Assembly (NCBI GenBank): GCA_053919585.1
Contig: CM132825.1
Strand: one strand, 5' to 3'
Length of the DNA: 64,000 bases
Source of the DNA: Euprymna scolopes
Lineage: Eukaryota
Position 1 is the stretch's first letter. Each line of letters begins with the position of its first letter. This document shows positions 1-13,018 of the stretch, piece after piece. The notes under the pieces are model-generated. The model had not been told where the DNA came from. It worked only from the letters and a program-made list of their open reading frames with translations, and did no database searches. The position numbers and the translations under genes were made by a program.

Positions 1-173
1 GAAGATGGTAGTGGTACCATTAAAATGAGCAATCTTTTGTGCCCCAGAATTTATTTTTCTACAGAGTCAAAACCATTTTCAATGCACTTTTTCCAGCAAT
101 AAACAATGCTTCAGTCATAAAAGTGAAAAGGATAATTGAGTTTTTATTCCTTTTTTATGGTCACATTTAAAAG

Positions 174-265
174 ATAAATAAATTTGCATTGAAATCACAA
201 AATGTTAATAGTTATCTAGATAGATAATATTAACATTTTTGTGATTTCAATGCAAATTTATTTAT
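174..265. repeat. Near-perfect AT-rich palindrome
   Basis: Arms 174-218 and 221-265, 2-nt loop, two single-base indels. Confidence 0.9.
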
Positions 266-429
266 TTTTTAAAAATGAAAAAAATGAGAAAGATTTTGTT
301 TCACGTTTACAAGTTATGAATTATTTTAAATTAATGTCTCAAGTATTTTGCTAAACTAATAATGCAATCAAGCTTGTTTCTATAAATGTTGTTGTGGACA
401 TGTCTTGATAAACTTGGCCTTCACACTCA

Positions 430-765
430 TTTGAGTGTCAGCTGAATTCCACAGATCACTCAGTGGTTAATGACATTACGAGATAAGCACTAACCAACTA
501 CCATTAATAGTTTGCAAACGATGTCTAGGTTGGCTCAGACATACCCTAAGATTAGCCGCATAGAGGATTGCCAACCAAGTGCTCCAACAATGAAAAAAAA
601 GAAAATAAGACCAAAAATAAACTGGAAGCAAACAATCAAGAGAGGTTTGATTGCAACGAGAATAAACTGGAGGGAAGCTGTTGACCTGGCTTCAGATTGA
701 AAACAATGGTATACTTTGACTGCTTCATGTGTCGCAGGATGCAACAGTTCATAAGTCAAAGTCTT
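430..765 (+). mobile_element. RTE-like LINE 3' end remnant
   Basis: KKKIRPKINWKQTI...WREAVDLASD..W motif and a TAAGTC-like tail. Confidence 0.5.
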
Positions 766-1317
766 ATATGTTGCAAGCTTGTGGTGCTGCATTAGTGCAA
801 AAAGTAAAATGAAAATAAATAAATAATAATAAAAAAGTCATGTAATGATGGGACGATTCAAATATTTTTCCCGATTTCGATACAATTATCGATTCCAATT
901 TATAAATCTCTAAATATTTAACTATAGCATTGCTAATTTTCCCAATTATTGTAAAAACTCATGTTAACTGTGCAGATAATTTTTTTAAACATAAAATACA
1001 TTTTGACAGATGATCTGTCGATTTTAGTTTTACTGGTCGTTTAGAATTAATAAATACTTATTACTTTAGCGTTACTTATTACTTATTATTAATTACTTAT
1101 TATTTTAGCGTTACTACCAGCAGAAAATAATTAAATAACAAAAAAAAATAAGCAAAGAAATTGTTTTTGGCATCGGAAAATAGACACAAATTTTTCTGAT
1201 TCTGATTTTTCTGATTCCTGATTAATCGTCTCAACACTAGTATAATGTGTAAATCATGTATTGATGAGAAACTAAAAATGGCCACAAAATATGGAAATAG
1301 AGGTTGAGTAAACTTAC

Positions 1318-1506
1318 CAAAAAGTGATAAACAAATGTAAAAAGTATCAAGTCAGCTATCGTCATTTCAATTCCCTCAACGTAAAGATGATCGAGAAAGA
1401 TATCATCCACTTTCATTTTTTTCATTTTCTCAGCCAATTGAGCAAGCAACAAATCATCTTGAAATGGTTTCACATCTCCATTGTTGCCTTTGTTGATTAA
1501 ACCTTC
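1318..1506 (-). CDS. GSTCD: GSTCD exon (GST C-terminal-like helix); gene continues beyond the window
   Basis: ttag/gtaag boundaries, 189 nt, phase 0-0. HLYVEGIEMTIADLILFTFVYHFL matches GSTCD HVFAEGLYFTLADIVLLPCIHHFL. Confidence 0.9.
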
Positions 1507-1826
1507 CTAAAATATTAATAAAACGATTTTGTGTATAATTTTTGAGTAGTGTAACGTTTTTTTTACTTTTTAATTTAAAAAAATATTCTAGAAACATACA
1601 TGAAGGTTGATGGAACATATATGCATATGAAGCTTTTACTTTTAAACCTATAATAGCTTGTGAAGGGGGAGAAAAATCTACTTTACTTTATATATATATA
1701 TATATAGTAATGCAGGTAAAATTTACAAAAAAAACAAGAAACACAGGGAGGTTCCATTGTGTAGAAGTGTGCTAAAAAATAACTAGGACTGTTTAATGGT
1801 TATGAAGATTTTATTTATACAAACAT

Positions 1827-2160
1827 CATTTAGATACACATTTGAAAACATGTTTTAGTCACAGCTAAAGAAAGTCAAACCCTTTCAAGCCCAACATTTT
1901 TTCTTTTAATGAAATGAGATAAATTTACTCTCTCAACTAGATAAATTTAAGGTCAGAATTCTAACTGGTTCCAAAATTAAATTAATCAATGAATAAATAA
2001 CAGTTAATAATAATTTAAGGTTATTTGAATCGATCACATGCTCCTTTAAGAGGCAAATTTGTCTCATTCCATTAAATGAAACATAAAAAACCAGGTTTAA
2101 AAAAGGTCTAGTTCCCTATAGCTGTGATAAAAACATGTTTTGCAAATATGTAGCCAAATG
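1827..2160. mobile_element. MITE-like diverged inverted repeat
   Basis: 1827-1926 is the approximate reverse complement of 2056-2160. Confidence 0.6.
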
Positions 2161-3045
2161 GATGATGGAGACTTGCGAACTGGGTTGGACATTGCACCTT
2201 CATCAAGCACTCAAGAATTGGCTGATGAGCTTTGGAGTTGGCAAATCGACAATTCACTGACACTTGAAACAACTTGATTTTGTTCATAAAAAGCTGTGCC
2301 TATATCCGCACAAACTCACCAAAGCACAAGCCAATAAGTGAGTGAAATTTGCTGTCAATTGCTCAGCGATCCATTGGACGACCATTTTTGGAAGCATATT
2401 ATGATATTAGATGAGAAATGGGTCTATTTAGTCCAGCACAATTGAGACTAGTGATGGGTTCAGAAAGAGAAAGAGACACTGTCAGTTTCAAAACAAGATT
2501 GCTTTGGCAAGAATATCATATTGTGTATTTGGTGGAACTTTGAAGGAATCGTGCATTCTGAGTTGCTTTCAAATGGTTGTGCCGTCAGTTCTGAACTTTA
2601 ATATAAGCAACTGGAATGGGTCTATGAAAAGCTGAAGCAAAAGTATTCAGCTTTGATCACACAAAAGCGTGCTTTAATGCAGCAGGACAATGCCAAGCCA
2701 TACACCATCAGGAAGACCAAAAACAAGTCTGAAAAGATGGACGGCAACGTTCTGCCACATCTAGCCTACAGTCCGGACTGTGCTTCATCAGATTACGGCT
2801 TTTTCCACTTAATGCAACACTTTCTGAAGAGCTGCCAATTTGACTCATTTGATGAAGTTGAGGAAGCAGGTTAAGAATTCTTTGATTCGAAGCAGGCTGG
2901 ATGATACTTTGACCAAATCTGAAAGCTTGCAAATCGCTGCCAGAAAGTCTTGGAAAATGATGGTCTTTATTTTGAGGATTAATTTGTTTTTTTTTTGTTA
3001 TTAATTGGCGAATAAAATATCAATTTTTTCAAGTGTTTATGAACT
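2160..3045 (+). mobile_element. Mariner (DD34D) transposase remnant
   Basis: Motifs DEKWV, LCIWWN, QQDNAKPY...YSPDCASSDY with 34-residue D-D spacing. Stops and frameshifts. Confidence 0.9.
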
Positions 3046-3942
3046 TAATAATCTTAAAAATAATACTAAAATAATTATTTAAATGTTCAAATCTTTTTTA
3101 AACACATTATTTCATAAAAATGTATTCTTTGTTTAACTTAATGTTTTATGAAATAAAGAAAATCTATTTCATTTTTTTCATTCTAATGTTTCAGTTATTT
3201 CATTGATCTAACTCATAATTGCTCCAGATGAAACTGAAAGAAAATTTTAATGTTTTTTTTTAGATTATGTGATTAATTACATTTTTTTTTCCTCATCCTT
3301 ATCACTTCCTCCCATGTTTTCTTTAGACTTCCCCTGTGACCTAAACCTACCACCTTAACTGTTCTACATCAACCCAAGAACTCTCATTTATTCAACAATT
3401 TTTTTGAAGTGGGCAAACCAATAAAGTCTCCTGTTCTATATACATCTCCATATGCGAATCAGATTTAATCTTCCTCTGAGGTCATCAGATCTAAACCTGT
3501 CTTTAAGACTCACATTACGCATCCATCGTATCATATACATGCCTGATGATACTCTTCACTTCATCGACAGTGGTAATGATCTACTAGTTAGTAAAAAATA
3601 TAAAGTGATCAACCATAGTCGAAGGCGACCCAAACGCTTAATTTTTCATCACCTATTACACTAAATTGCAGAGAAAGGTGTCACTCCTTCTCGAGGATTG
3701 CTTCACTTACTCTTAATCTTTCACTTAAAAGTTTTAAATGCATACAGCATTTTGGGGTGTTTGGTATGACTAGATTAAGGAATGAACCTTGGTCCCCTGG
3801 CTCATTAGTGAACACTCTTATTATTATGTTAAATGATCTGTTTAATAATGGCATACATTCCCTGTACTTTCTTTATCCATTTCTAACTCTTGCAGAAACA
3901 CTAATCAGAACTATGGTTGATCAAAAAGACTTATACACTTAC

Positions 3943-4225
3943 CAGTCTAAATCTAATAATGGCATGTGGTTGAACCATTTCACCAATGAGTGGATTATAA
4001 CCTTGGCATAATTTTGCACAAACATTGTTTTCAATATTTGAAATATCTTCTTCATTTGTCCAGTTATTAATCAAACATTGTAGCAAATATCTTTTCATCT
4101 TATCATCATTATGAATTCGGGGCGGTTGATGCATATGGCGTTCAAGCATTAATACTTCTTTGGGAAGAGTGTATGTTATGTTATGTTTTTCACTTTCATT
4201 ATTATCAGATCGAACCTTGATATTC
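3943..4225 (-). CDS. GSTCD: GSTCD exon
   Basis: cccag/gtaag boundaries, 283 nt, phase 2-0. Contains LERHMHQPPRIHNDDKMKR, the GSTCD PVRVHNDDKLRR motif. Confidence 0.9.
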
Positions 4226-4699
4226 CTGGGAAAATAAAAGTATTTAAAGAAAATTAAAGTATTTTTCAAATATTAATAAAAAAAAAAAAAACAAATTTAT
4301 GGAAGTTGCTTTAAACAATTTGATGTAAGTAGAAAAATGGTAAAGTTGCATGATAACAAAAAGGGAGAGAAAGATAGAATCACTTGAAAACAAGGTAGTT
4401 GTTTAACTGACAGTGATAAATTTACAAGCAAAATAATCAAACCTAAATACTACACATTAGTATGTTAGTGACCGGCTCAGTCATTCATGCTGAAAATACC
4501 TCAAGGGACCCCTTGTTGTTGGGTGTGTTTTTAAGTACATTTTATGTAAATACTTGTTAAACAAGTGCATGAATGCAACACTGCAGAGATGTGACAGAGG
4601 TTGGAGCTTGTCAGGTAGTGTGAAGCCTATTAAACAATTGTGTTTGTCAAAGCTTTATGAATGACTTGGTCATCCCAGTAGATCACTGGCTGAAGATAA

Positions 4700-5340
4700 A
4701 GGAGGCAGAAAAGCTAAGCATCTGCATCAACATCAAACATTGCATAGCACTGATAGAAACAGCTGAAATATTAAGGAAAATCTGGCAATGCAGAAACTAA
4801 TCCACATAACCAGTTAATATTACTGAGAAAAAATAGAAAGAACAATATATTGAAAGATTTTAGATACAATGTAAATAAAATTTTGGTTAGGGATATCTAA
4901 GGATAATCATGCTACAACAGAACATATGCATTCTAATTTAAAAAATCATAACCTTGCGTGGAAGGTTATGATTAAATCTAAAATACATACACAAAAATGG
5001 GTATACAAGAGTGGATGATTAAAAGAAGAATTACACTAATAGTAAAAGACAGTCAAAAGGGGATGGTCTCAAGCAACTACAGACCAATAAACTGTCTACC
5101 AATTATGTGGAAAATTTTAATTGCATAACAAAGTAAATATATCTACCGCTGTCTTTATAACTGTAGACATTTCTCTGAGGAATGCCGGAAAGTGACAATA
5201 GAGACACATAATCTACTATACATTGATCAAATGACCTTGAAAGAGGTAAAAATCAGAAATAACATAGACGTGGCATGAATCAACTACAAAAAAGCTTACA
5301 TCACAATGCTCCAAACATGGAAAATTAAATGCTTAAGGAT
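4700..5340 (+). mobile_element. Non-LTR retrotransposon RT remnant
   Basis: SNYRPINCLPIMWKIL and N/DYKKAY motifs, interrupted by stops. Confidence 0.7.
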
Positions 5341-5394
5341 CACACACACAGAAGAAAAAATAAGCCACTTTACATATATGGGTTTAAATATTAC

Positions 5395-5465
5395 CTTATT
5401 TCCTTAATAGCTGTCATGATTGCTTCAGGAAATTCCAATTCACATAGTTTGGTCCAACTTGAAAC
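5395..5465 (-). CDS. GSTCD: GSTCD exon
   Basis: tacag/gtaat boundaries, 71 nt. VSSWTKLCELEFP matches GSTCD VSQWTRLCELTIP. Confidence 0.9.
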
Positions 5466-7170
5466 CTGTAAAAGTAGCATTTTCAAGTTTGAATTTGAGA
5501 AACACAATTTAATATCGTAAATAATTCTATTTTAATTATTTTTATTTTTGTTTATTCATTTCATTTTTTATACCTATTTTTTAAATAAATATTTTTTATT
5601 TATACTGGCAACACTGATGTTAGGTTCTAGTGTTCTATTTCGAAATATCATACTTGAGAGGAGTGAGGATAGCATAATGGATACTATCATAGACTATGAA
5701 ATTGGCAAGTGAAAAATATTAGTCACATTTGATCCATTATATGCATTTACAAATACAATTGGGAAGGTAATAACCTGCTTCAGGGATTTGTCTATAATTT
5801 TTTTCTTTTTTCTTTTGCAAAAATCATTTTAGCACTATGGTCTTTTTCAGGAGCAGAAAAATAACAATATTTCAGCAACATCCATATATATCTAATAGTC
5901 AGTCATAAAGATTTGAGTGTCTTTCAAATATTACATTTACTGCCTGATGTATATTGGCAACAATAATATATCAGTTTTAAGTGTTATACAGTGGACCTCT
6001 CCCCAAAGTATTAGGAAATTATAAAAATTATATAAGAGGAAAAACAATAGCAAAGCGAAGAAATAGTTGATCAGCAGAATAAAGATATTGAAAGCAAAGT
6101 TAATAGAAAAAAAATGGTGGAGGGGTTCACCAAGGCACACAAAAGCCATCTGAAATAGGATGGTTAATCAGTCTGGCAGTGACTGGGAAAAAGGAGTGGA
6201 CATATTGGTCAACATATCTATAGTTAGTTTAAGGACAAATTGACTCAATCAAGGACTCTCTTCTGACTAAGAGAGAACTGATACTGCATCCAAAGATCAG
6301 GCTGTCATGTCCAAGCAAGAAGTGAAAGCTTTAAATTCCTTCTTCTCTCAATTAAACTTCAGCAACATCAGATGTCACATACCTGTAAGCTCCCCCACCC
6401 ACGACCAGATGGGGATGTGGAGGAGAGGTGGCTGCATATTAATAGTGTTCACAAAAATGGTTATTCTGGCCAAGATTAAAATAAAGATGTAAGCTGTCCA
6501 TTCTTATTGTATTGGATTTTATAACGATGCTTGTTCGTGACCATAAAAGATATAGACAATAGCACAAAAAAAAAAAAAGAATGCAGATAAAGTTTATATA
6601 GTAGTAAAATAATTATAATAACTAAATATAGCTCATAATATTTAGATTTAAAATATTAGAATAATTGAAATTTTAAGACAAGATGTAAAAAAAAGTGCAT
6701 ATTAAGTATGGAACACAAATGAATAACGCATTCCAAATAGAAATTCTTAAAACAAAAATAAAGAAAAATTTGTTTGAGTGCACGTACCTGCGACAGAAAG
6801 AAAATATTGTTCACCAAAAATCATATAAATTGATCAAAGAGTTTTTTTTTTTTATATAAAGATAAGCATTTTTAGGCAAATTTGAGTTTTCCAAATGCAG
6901 TCTCTTTCCATGTTGGTTTTCTAAAGTCTCACAAATTTGAATTATTTGGAGTTTTTCCCCTTGTTTCTTTAGGCTGTTTGAAAACATGGCATGGCTGTTT
7001 GAAAAAAGATGGCATTACAAGATTGTCGCTAGTTTACCCCAAAACTTTGATTTTCTAATTTAAAAATAAAACTATTTGATCGATTTTAATAATATATGTT
7101 CTTCTGTACATCATACAAATTTTTTTTGTTTTGTTTTTTAATATAAGGATGATTCTGGACAAGCACCCAT

Positions 7171-7898
7171 TGTAGCTTACAAATTAGGAATACGTATGAA
7201 TGCCCCCAAAACAACAAAGGTCATGTTCTTGCTGATTGACCAGGGTACCTGGCAGCCACTTACGCTGGACATGATTCACCTAAATAATGTCTATCTAGGC
7301 TTTACTGTCATGCTGACTGGCAGCAGCTGAGATTAGACGGTGAATAAGATCAGCATGGTCTGCATTCTTCTATCTCAACTGGTCACTGTGGTTCCGACAG
7401 AAAATATGCTTGGACACTAAGGGACACATCTATTAGGTGATATTGGGAACCATTCTTCTCTAGAGCTGTGAGACGTGGCCTATGAAAATCTTTGATGACT
7501 GTCTTTGCAGCATTCTGCTATGCTGCCGTGGAAATCATGTTACGGTTTCATTACCATCCCCCTTTCCATCCATCCTTCTTCAACATCTCCAATAGTTTGG
7601 ACATGCAGCTCGTGAACTAGAGGACGAGCTCATTTGCAAGGTCCTATTCTCTAGCTAGCACAGACATGATGGCAGGCAGCTGAAGACCTGGGCCACAACA
7701 ATTAAGGAGGTCCTGGCAGTCCGGTCAGGTTTACAAGTCATGGGTCTCTGGCGCTGATTTCGGGAGTGGTTAACAATTTCCTGCGACCTGGGCTATGATA
7801 GACATAACTGGACTGTGATGGTTAGAGATGCAGTTTGTGCTTAAGAGGAAGCTGCCTTAATCCCACCAGGATAATAACCACTACAAGTAAAAGTGAAT
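7171..7898 (+). mobile_element. Degenerate RTE-like LINE 3' fragment
   Basis: 10-bp target duplication AAGCACCCAT (7161-7170, 7899-7908). LL*SCETWP motif and a CAAGTA-type tail. Confidence 0.7.
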
Positions 7899-8214
7899 AA
7901 GCACCCATACTGGTATATAAAGAGATATGTTGTTCCAGTAGAAATAGTGATGAGTTTACAATATTAAAATAATTGAAAATTAGGAAACTTTTTCAAAGCA
8001 AGATTTTTAAAAACATTTAATACTGTTTTTTATGCAGTTGAATTAAATTTTTTTTCAAAATAAAATAAATAAATGAAATTTTATGCTAAAAAAATGTAAG
8101 ATTAAAGTAAAAAGAAACTGAAGCTGACAAAACATTTAATGTTCAATTATTTTAATACAAATCAAACTCATCAAATCCATCTTTTTAAATTTAAAAATAT
8201 AACAATCTACTCAC

Positions 8215-8250
8215 CTCTGCACATGCTTTCAAGCTTCCACCTCTAAATCC
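8215..8250 (-). CDS. GSTCD: GSTCD 36-nt microexon
   Basis: ttttag/gtgag boundaries. GFRGGSLKACAE matches GSTCD GFKKTCLKACAE. Confidence 0.88.
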
Positions 8251-8735
8251 CTAAAAACGAAAGAAAAAAAAATACAAAAATCATAAACGTTTTACTTGCC
8301 AATGTTTGGACGTTGCATTAAAACACTAACTTTATTATTAAATGAATTGTCCTCCAAGTTTGAGTTATGAATGTCCCACAGACTTTTGTTTATTTGTCAT
8401 TCCATGATATACTCCAAATTATGTACATCTGTGTTACAAGCACACCTGGACATGATGTGCAAAATAGTTATAATTATCACACAATCCTCTCTTGGCCCAT
8501 TCTGTTGAAACTACAATCCATTTCTCAGAACACCTACCCATCGGCCACAAACTTCTTACTGACCGCTAGGTATTGCTATTGATTTTAATGTATATTGTAG
8601 GAAAATGTTCAAACATTTTTTATGTTTATAGGCATCATACTATCATTGTATTCAAGTTTAATGTCCGTTTTATATGCTGACATGAGTGGACAGCTTCTAG
8701 ATATTGATTTTTAAACAAACCTATATCTGATCAGG

Positions 8736-9079
8736 CCCTGTCGGTGGGGCATTAGAATACGCCGACTACCCCCCTGCAGAGGGTAAAAGTCCCTCAATGG
8801 GGGTCCTGGATATGACCTTAAACTATATCCAGTGGTGAGGCCCCAGCTTGTGGGCTTTGGGAAGTGTGGAGCCACCCATTAATTACCATTGCTCCCAGGT
8901 CCACTCTGACCCGGAGTGGTAGTACCTGTTAGGGTCCAAACTATGGGTTGAATAGAAACCGACGTGAAAACAACAAATATATTCTATTAAAAAAAAATTT
9001 CTTCAAAATCTTTGGATTCGGCATTAAATAACCCGAAAAGGGTTGATATGCCGTAAAACAAAAACAACCAACCAACCAA
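8736..9079 (+). mobile_element. SINE-like retroposon with (AACC)n tail
   Basis: 15-bp target duplication CTATATCTGATCAGG (8721-8735, 9080-9094). GC-richer non-coding body. Confidence 0.85.
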
Positions 9080-9099
9080 CTATATCTGATCAGGTTTTT

Positions 9100-10622
9100 A
9101 GGTTCATCTTTGTCACTTCTTTCTATTCATTTCATGCTTGTCACTTCTTTCTATTCAGTTCATTCTTGTTGCTTCTTTCTATTCAATTCATCCTTGTAAC
9201 TTCCTTCTATTCAATTCACCGTTGTCAGTTAATTCTCTTCAGTTCATCTTTGTCACTTCTTTCTATACAGTTCACTCTTGTCGCTTCTTTCTATTCAGTT
9301 CACCCAACTCACTTTTTTCTCTTCAATTACTCTGTCACTTCTTTCTATTCAGTTCATCCTTGTCACTTCTTTCTATTATGTTCATCTTTGTCACTTCTTT
9401 GTATGCAGTTCTCCCCTGTTACTTCTTTCTATTTAGTTCACCCTTGTAACTTCTTTCTCTTCATTTCAACCTTGTCACTTCTTTCTATTCAGTTCATTAT
9501 TGTCACTTCTTTCTCTTCAGTTAATCTGTCACTTCTTTCTATGCAGTTCACTCTTGTTGCTTCTTTCTATGCAGTTCATTCTTGTCACTTCTTTCTAATC
9601 AGTTCATTATTGTCGCTTCTTTCTCTTCAGTTCATTCTTGTAACTTCTTTCTATTCAGTTCATTATTGTCACTTCTTTCTATTCAGTTAATCTGTCACTT
9701 CTTTCTATGCAGTTCACTCTTGTAACTTCTTTCTCTTCATTTCAACCTTGTCACTTCTTTCTATTCAGTTCATTATTGTCACTTCTTTCTATTCAGTTCA
9801 TTATTGTCACTTCTTTCTCTTCAGTTCATTATTGTCACTTCTTTCTATGCAGTTCACCCTTGCCGCTTCTTTCTATTCAGTTCACCCTTGTCACTTCTTT
9901 CCCTTCAATTACTCTGTCACTTCTTTCTATTCAGTTCATCCTTGTCACTTCTTTCTATTCAGTTCATTCTTGTTGCTTCTTTCTCTTCAGTTCATCCTTG
10001 TCACTCTATTCAGTTCATCCTTGTCACTTCTTTATCTTCAGTTCATTCTTGTCACTTCTTTCTATTCAGTTCATCCTTGTCACTTCTTTCTCTTCAGTTC
10101 ATCCTTGTCACTTCTTTCTCTTCAGTTCATCCTTGTCACTCTATTCAGTTCATTCTTGTCACTTCTTTCTATTCAGTTCATCCTTGTCACTTCTTTCTAT
10201 TCAGTTCATCCTTGTCACTTCTTTCTCTTCAGTTCATCCTTGTCTTTTCTATTCAGTTCATTCTTGTCACTTCTTTCTATTCAGTTCATCCTTGTCACTC
10301 TATTCAGTTCATCCTTGTCACTTCTTTCTATTCTGTTCATTCTTGTCACTTCTTTCTATTCAGTTCATTCTTGTCACTTCTTTCTATTCAGTTCATTCTT
10401 GTCACTTCTTTCTATTCAGTTCATCCTTGTCACTCTATTCAGTTCATCCTTGTCACTTCTTTCTATTCAGTTCATTCTTGTCACTTCTTTCTATTCAGTT
10501 CATTCTTGTCACTTCTTTCTATTCAGTTCATCCTTGTCACTCTATTCAGTTCATCCTTGTCACTTCTTTCTATTCTGTTCATTCTTGTCACTTCTTTCTA
10601 TTCAGTTCATTCTTGTCACTTC
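9100..10622. repeat. 28-bp minisatellite (TTCAGTTCATCCTTGTCACTTCTTTCTA)n
   Basis: More than 50 units with recurrent 23-bp deletion variants. Explains the spurious ORFs in all three + frames. Confidence 0.97.
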
Positions 10623-10659
10623 CTGCCATGTTTTCCTTTTCTGTAAGCTGGCTCTACTA

Positions 10660-11690
10660 TTTCAACTATTTTACAGCTACTAATACAAGAATTATCAATG
10701 TGACCATACTATCCGAGTCTCCTGTTTTGCACATATCTCCTGATACTGTCCAGATGTAACCTTTCTCTGAGATCATCTTTAACACTTACATTATAAATCC
10801 AATGTACCATTCTCATATCATTTATATCCATGCAACACATGTCTTCAACCTTAACTGGTCATGTTTCATTTCTATACAACATAAAACTGCATACATATGC
10901 CTGATAGACTCTTCCCTTGTTCAACAAAGGTAATACTTTGCTAGTTAATAATGGCAGAAGTTCCCTAAACTTACACCATCCACTCCCAACTCTTGCAATC
11001 ACACTAGTACCTGCTCCATCCTTTTTTTTTTTTTTTTTTTTTACACAGTGATCACCACTTATCAAGGCCCGGAAGCCACTCAGGGATAAGGGTTATTGTA
11101 AGTACATCACGTTAGTGAGGAGATTTTATGAAGTGTTTAATTAGGGGGGGGCGGTTCATTAGGAATTTATTAACATTAGACTTGAAGACATCCAAGTTGT
11201 AGTCTGGAGGGAAGCAGGCAGACGGAACAGAGTTCCACAGGCGTGCAGTTCTAAGAAAGAAGCTTTGCTCATGAAATCCGCGTTTTGATTTAGGCACAGA
11301 TATAGAGTGGGGGAAATTTTTCACAGTGGATTCAGCTAGACGGGTGTTTTTTGTGAAAGATTGGCGAGGGGGGACCAGGGATTGGAGTTCAGACGAGCAC
11401 CTGCCATGAAAATAACGATAAAACAAGGATAGGCTCGCAACGTCTCTTCTGTGGGAGAGGGGTCGCAGGGTAGAGAAAAGGGCATCCCCCACTAAACCAC
11501 AAAGTCTATTTTGTACTCTGTCAAGGCATGATAGGCTGTTTTTGGCAGCTCCTGCCCAGATATGGCAACAGTATTCCATCCTTGGCCGTACTTGGCTTTT
11601 ATATCCTGTTCTAATCGTATCACCAAGATAACAAATCTTTTTTGACACCCTCAATAGCTTCAGCATCAGAATCTAAAAAATGATTTGGGC
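10660..11690 (-). mobile_element. RTE-like LINE remnant split by the younger LINE
   Basis: ICYLGDTI (11610-11640) continues as GAGTSVIARVGSGWCKFRELLPLLTSK...KGRVY...MLY.ET (10860-11020). Confidence 0.8.
11022..11602 (-). mobile_element. 5'-truncated LINE (CR1/L2/Jockey-group 3' end) with poly(A), nested in an RTE remnant
   Basis: YKSQVRPRMEYCCHIWAG...LSHRRDVASLSLFYRYF...RTARLWNSVP...FP..YNL..FKS. A-tail at 11022-11042 and a short AGGAT duplication. Confidence 0.88.
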
Positions 11691-13018
11691 CATAGATATC
11701 CATTTTTTTTTTTTATATTTATAATTTAAATTATTTGAAGCATTTTTAAGTGCATAATTATTACATTTAAAAAAAAAGTCACCCTCGTACGTACGTAAAG
11801 TACTGCATCGAAAGAAAGCATTGTTGCTGGATTCATATGTGATGTGTGATGAGTTAGGTTAGCCCTGCTTTGTCTGACCAATAATTTGGCCATAGCAGCC
11901 CAAGCAAAACAGCCCTGCATGAGCTCTGCTGAGATGGTAGGTCAGTCTCTATTCTATTGACAAAAATGTACGATTTGCAGGCCGGAGATTTTTTCCATGG
12001 TAGTAGTCCAGGTTTAGAATTACATATTAATGTGTTTGTGCCAATTGAATAGTGACGTTGTGATTAAAATGCCTCAGGTCAACTCTCCTGTTTGCCAACA
12101 AGCAACATGACCAAACTACCAAAAGCATTGCTAACAATGGTGGAGAAGTCGCAGATTCAGTTGATGACGCAGGTTTGTTACTGATATTTGATTAATGCAA
12201 GTGGAAATGATGAATAAAGTTCAACAATAAAACAAAACAAAAAAAAATAAAACAAAACATTCATATTATTTGGATTTTTCGGACTACTGTTTTCATGTTG
12301 TATCTTGTCAAATTTAGGAATCTTTCTATCAAACCCAGGAATCATTCTGTCAAACTTCGGAATCTGCACCAAATCATAGCTGATGAAAAGAGAACATGCT
12401 ACCTCTTTGGACTAAATAAAAGGTTCCATTTGAAATTCTGTGCAGATTCTTGAGCTCAACAGAAAGATTCCCGAGTTCAACAGAATACACTTGAAGAAGT
12501 TCAAAGGTTATATAGACTGAAACGTTTTGAAAATAACATTCAAGATGAGAACAGTAGTTTGAAGAATCAAAATAATAAGAATAAGCAATCNNNNNNNNNN
12601 NNNNNNNNNNNNNNNNNNNNNNNNNNNNNNNNNNNNNNNNNNNNNNNNNNNNNNNNNNNNNNNNNNNNNNNNNNNNNNNNNNNNNNNNNNNNNNNNNNNN
12701 NNNNNNNNNNNNNNNNNNNNNNNNNNNNNNNNNNNNNNNNNNNNNNNNNNNNNNNNNNNNNNNNNNNNNNNNNNNNNNNNNNNNNNNNNNNNNNNNNNNN
12801 NNNNNNNNNNNNNNNNNNNNNNNNNNNNNNNNNNNNNNNNNNNNNNNNNNNNNNNNNNNNNNNNNNNNNNNNNNNNNNNNNNNNNNNNNNNNNNNNNNNN
12901 NNNNNNNNNNNNNNNNNNNNNNNNNNNNNNNNNNNNNNNNNNNNNNNNNNNNNNNNNNNNNNNNNNNNNNNNNNNNNNNNNNNNNNNNNNNNNNNNNNNN
13001 NNNNNNNNNNNNNNNNNN

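Noticed and set aside
9043-10759. Long hydrophobic ORFs in three frames, or a CRISPR-like array
   Set aside because: These are translations of a stop-poor 28-bp tandem repeat. There are no unique spacers and no cas genes, and the context is eukaryotic.
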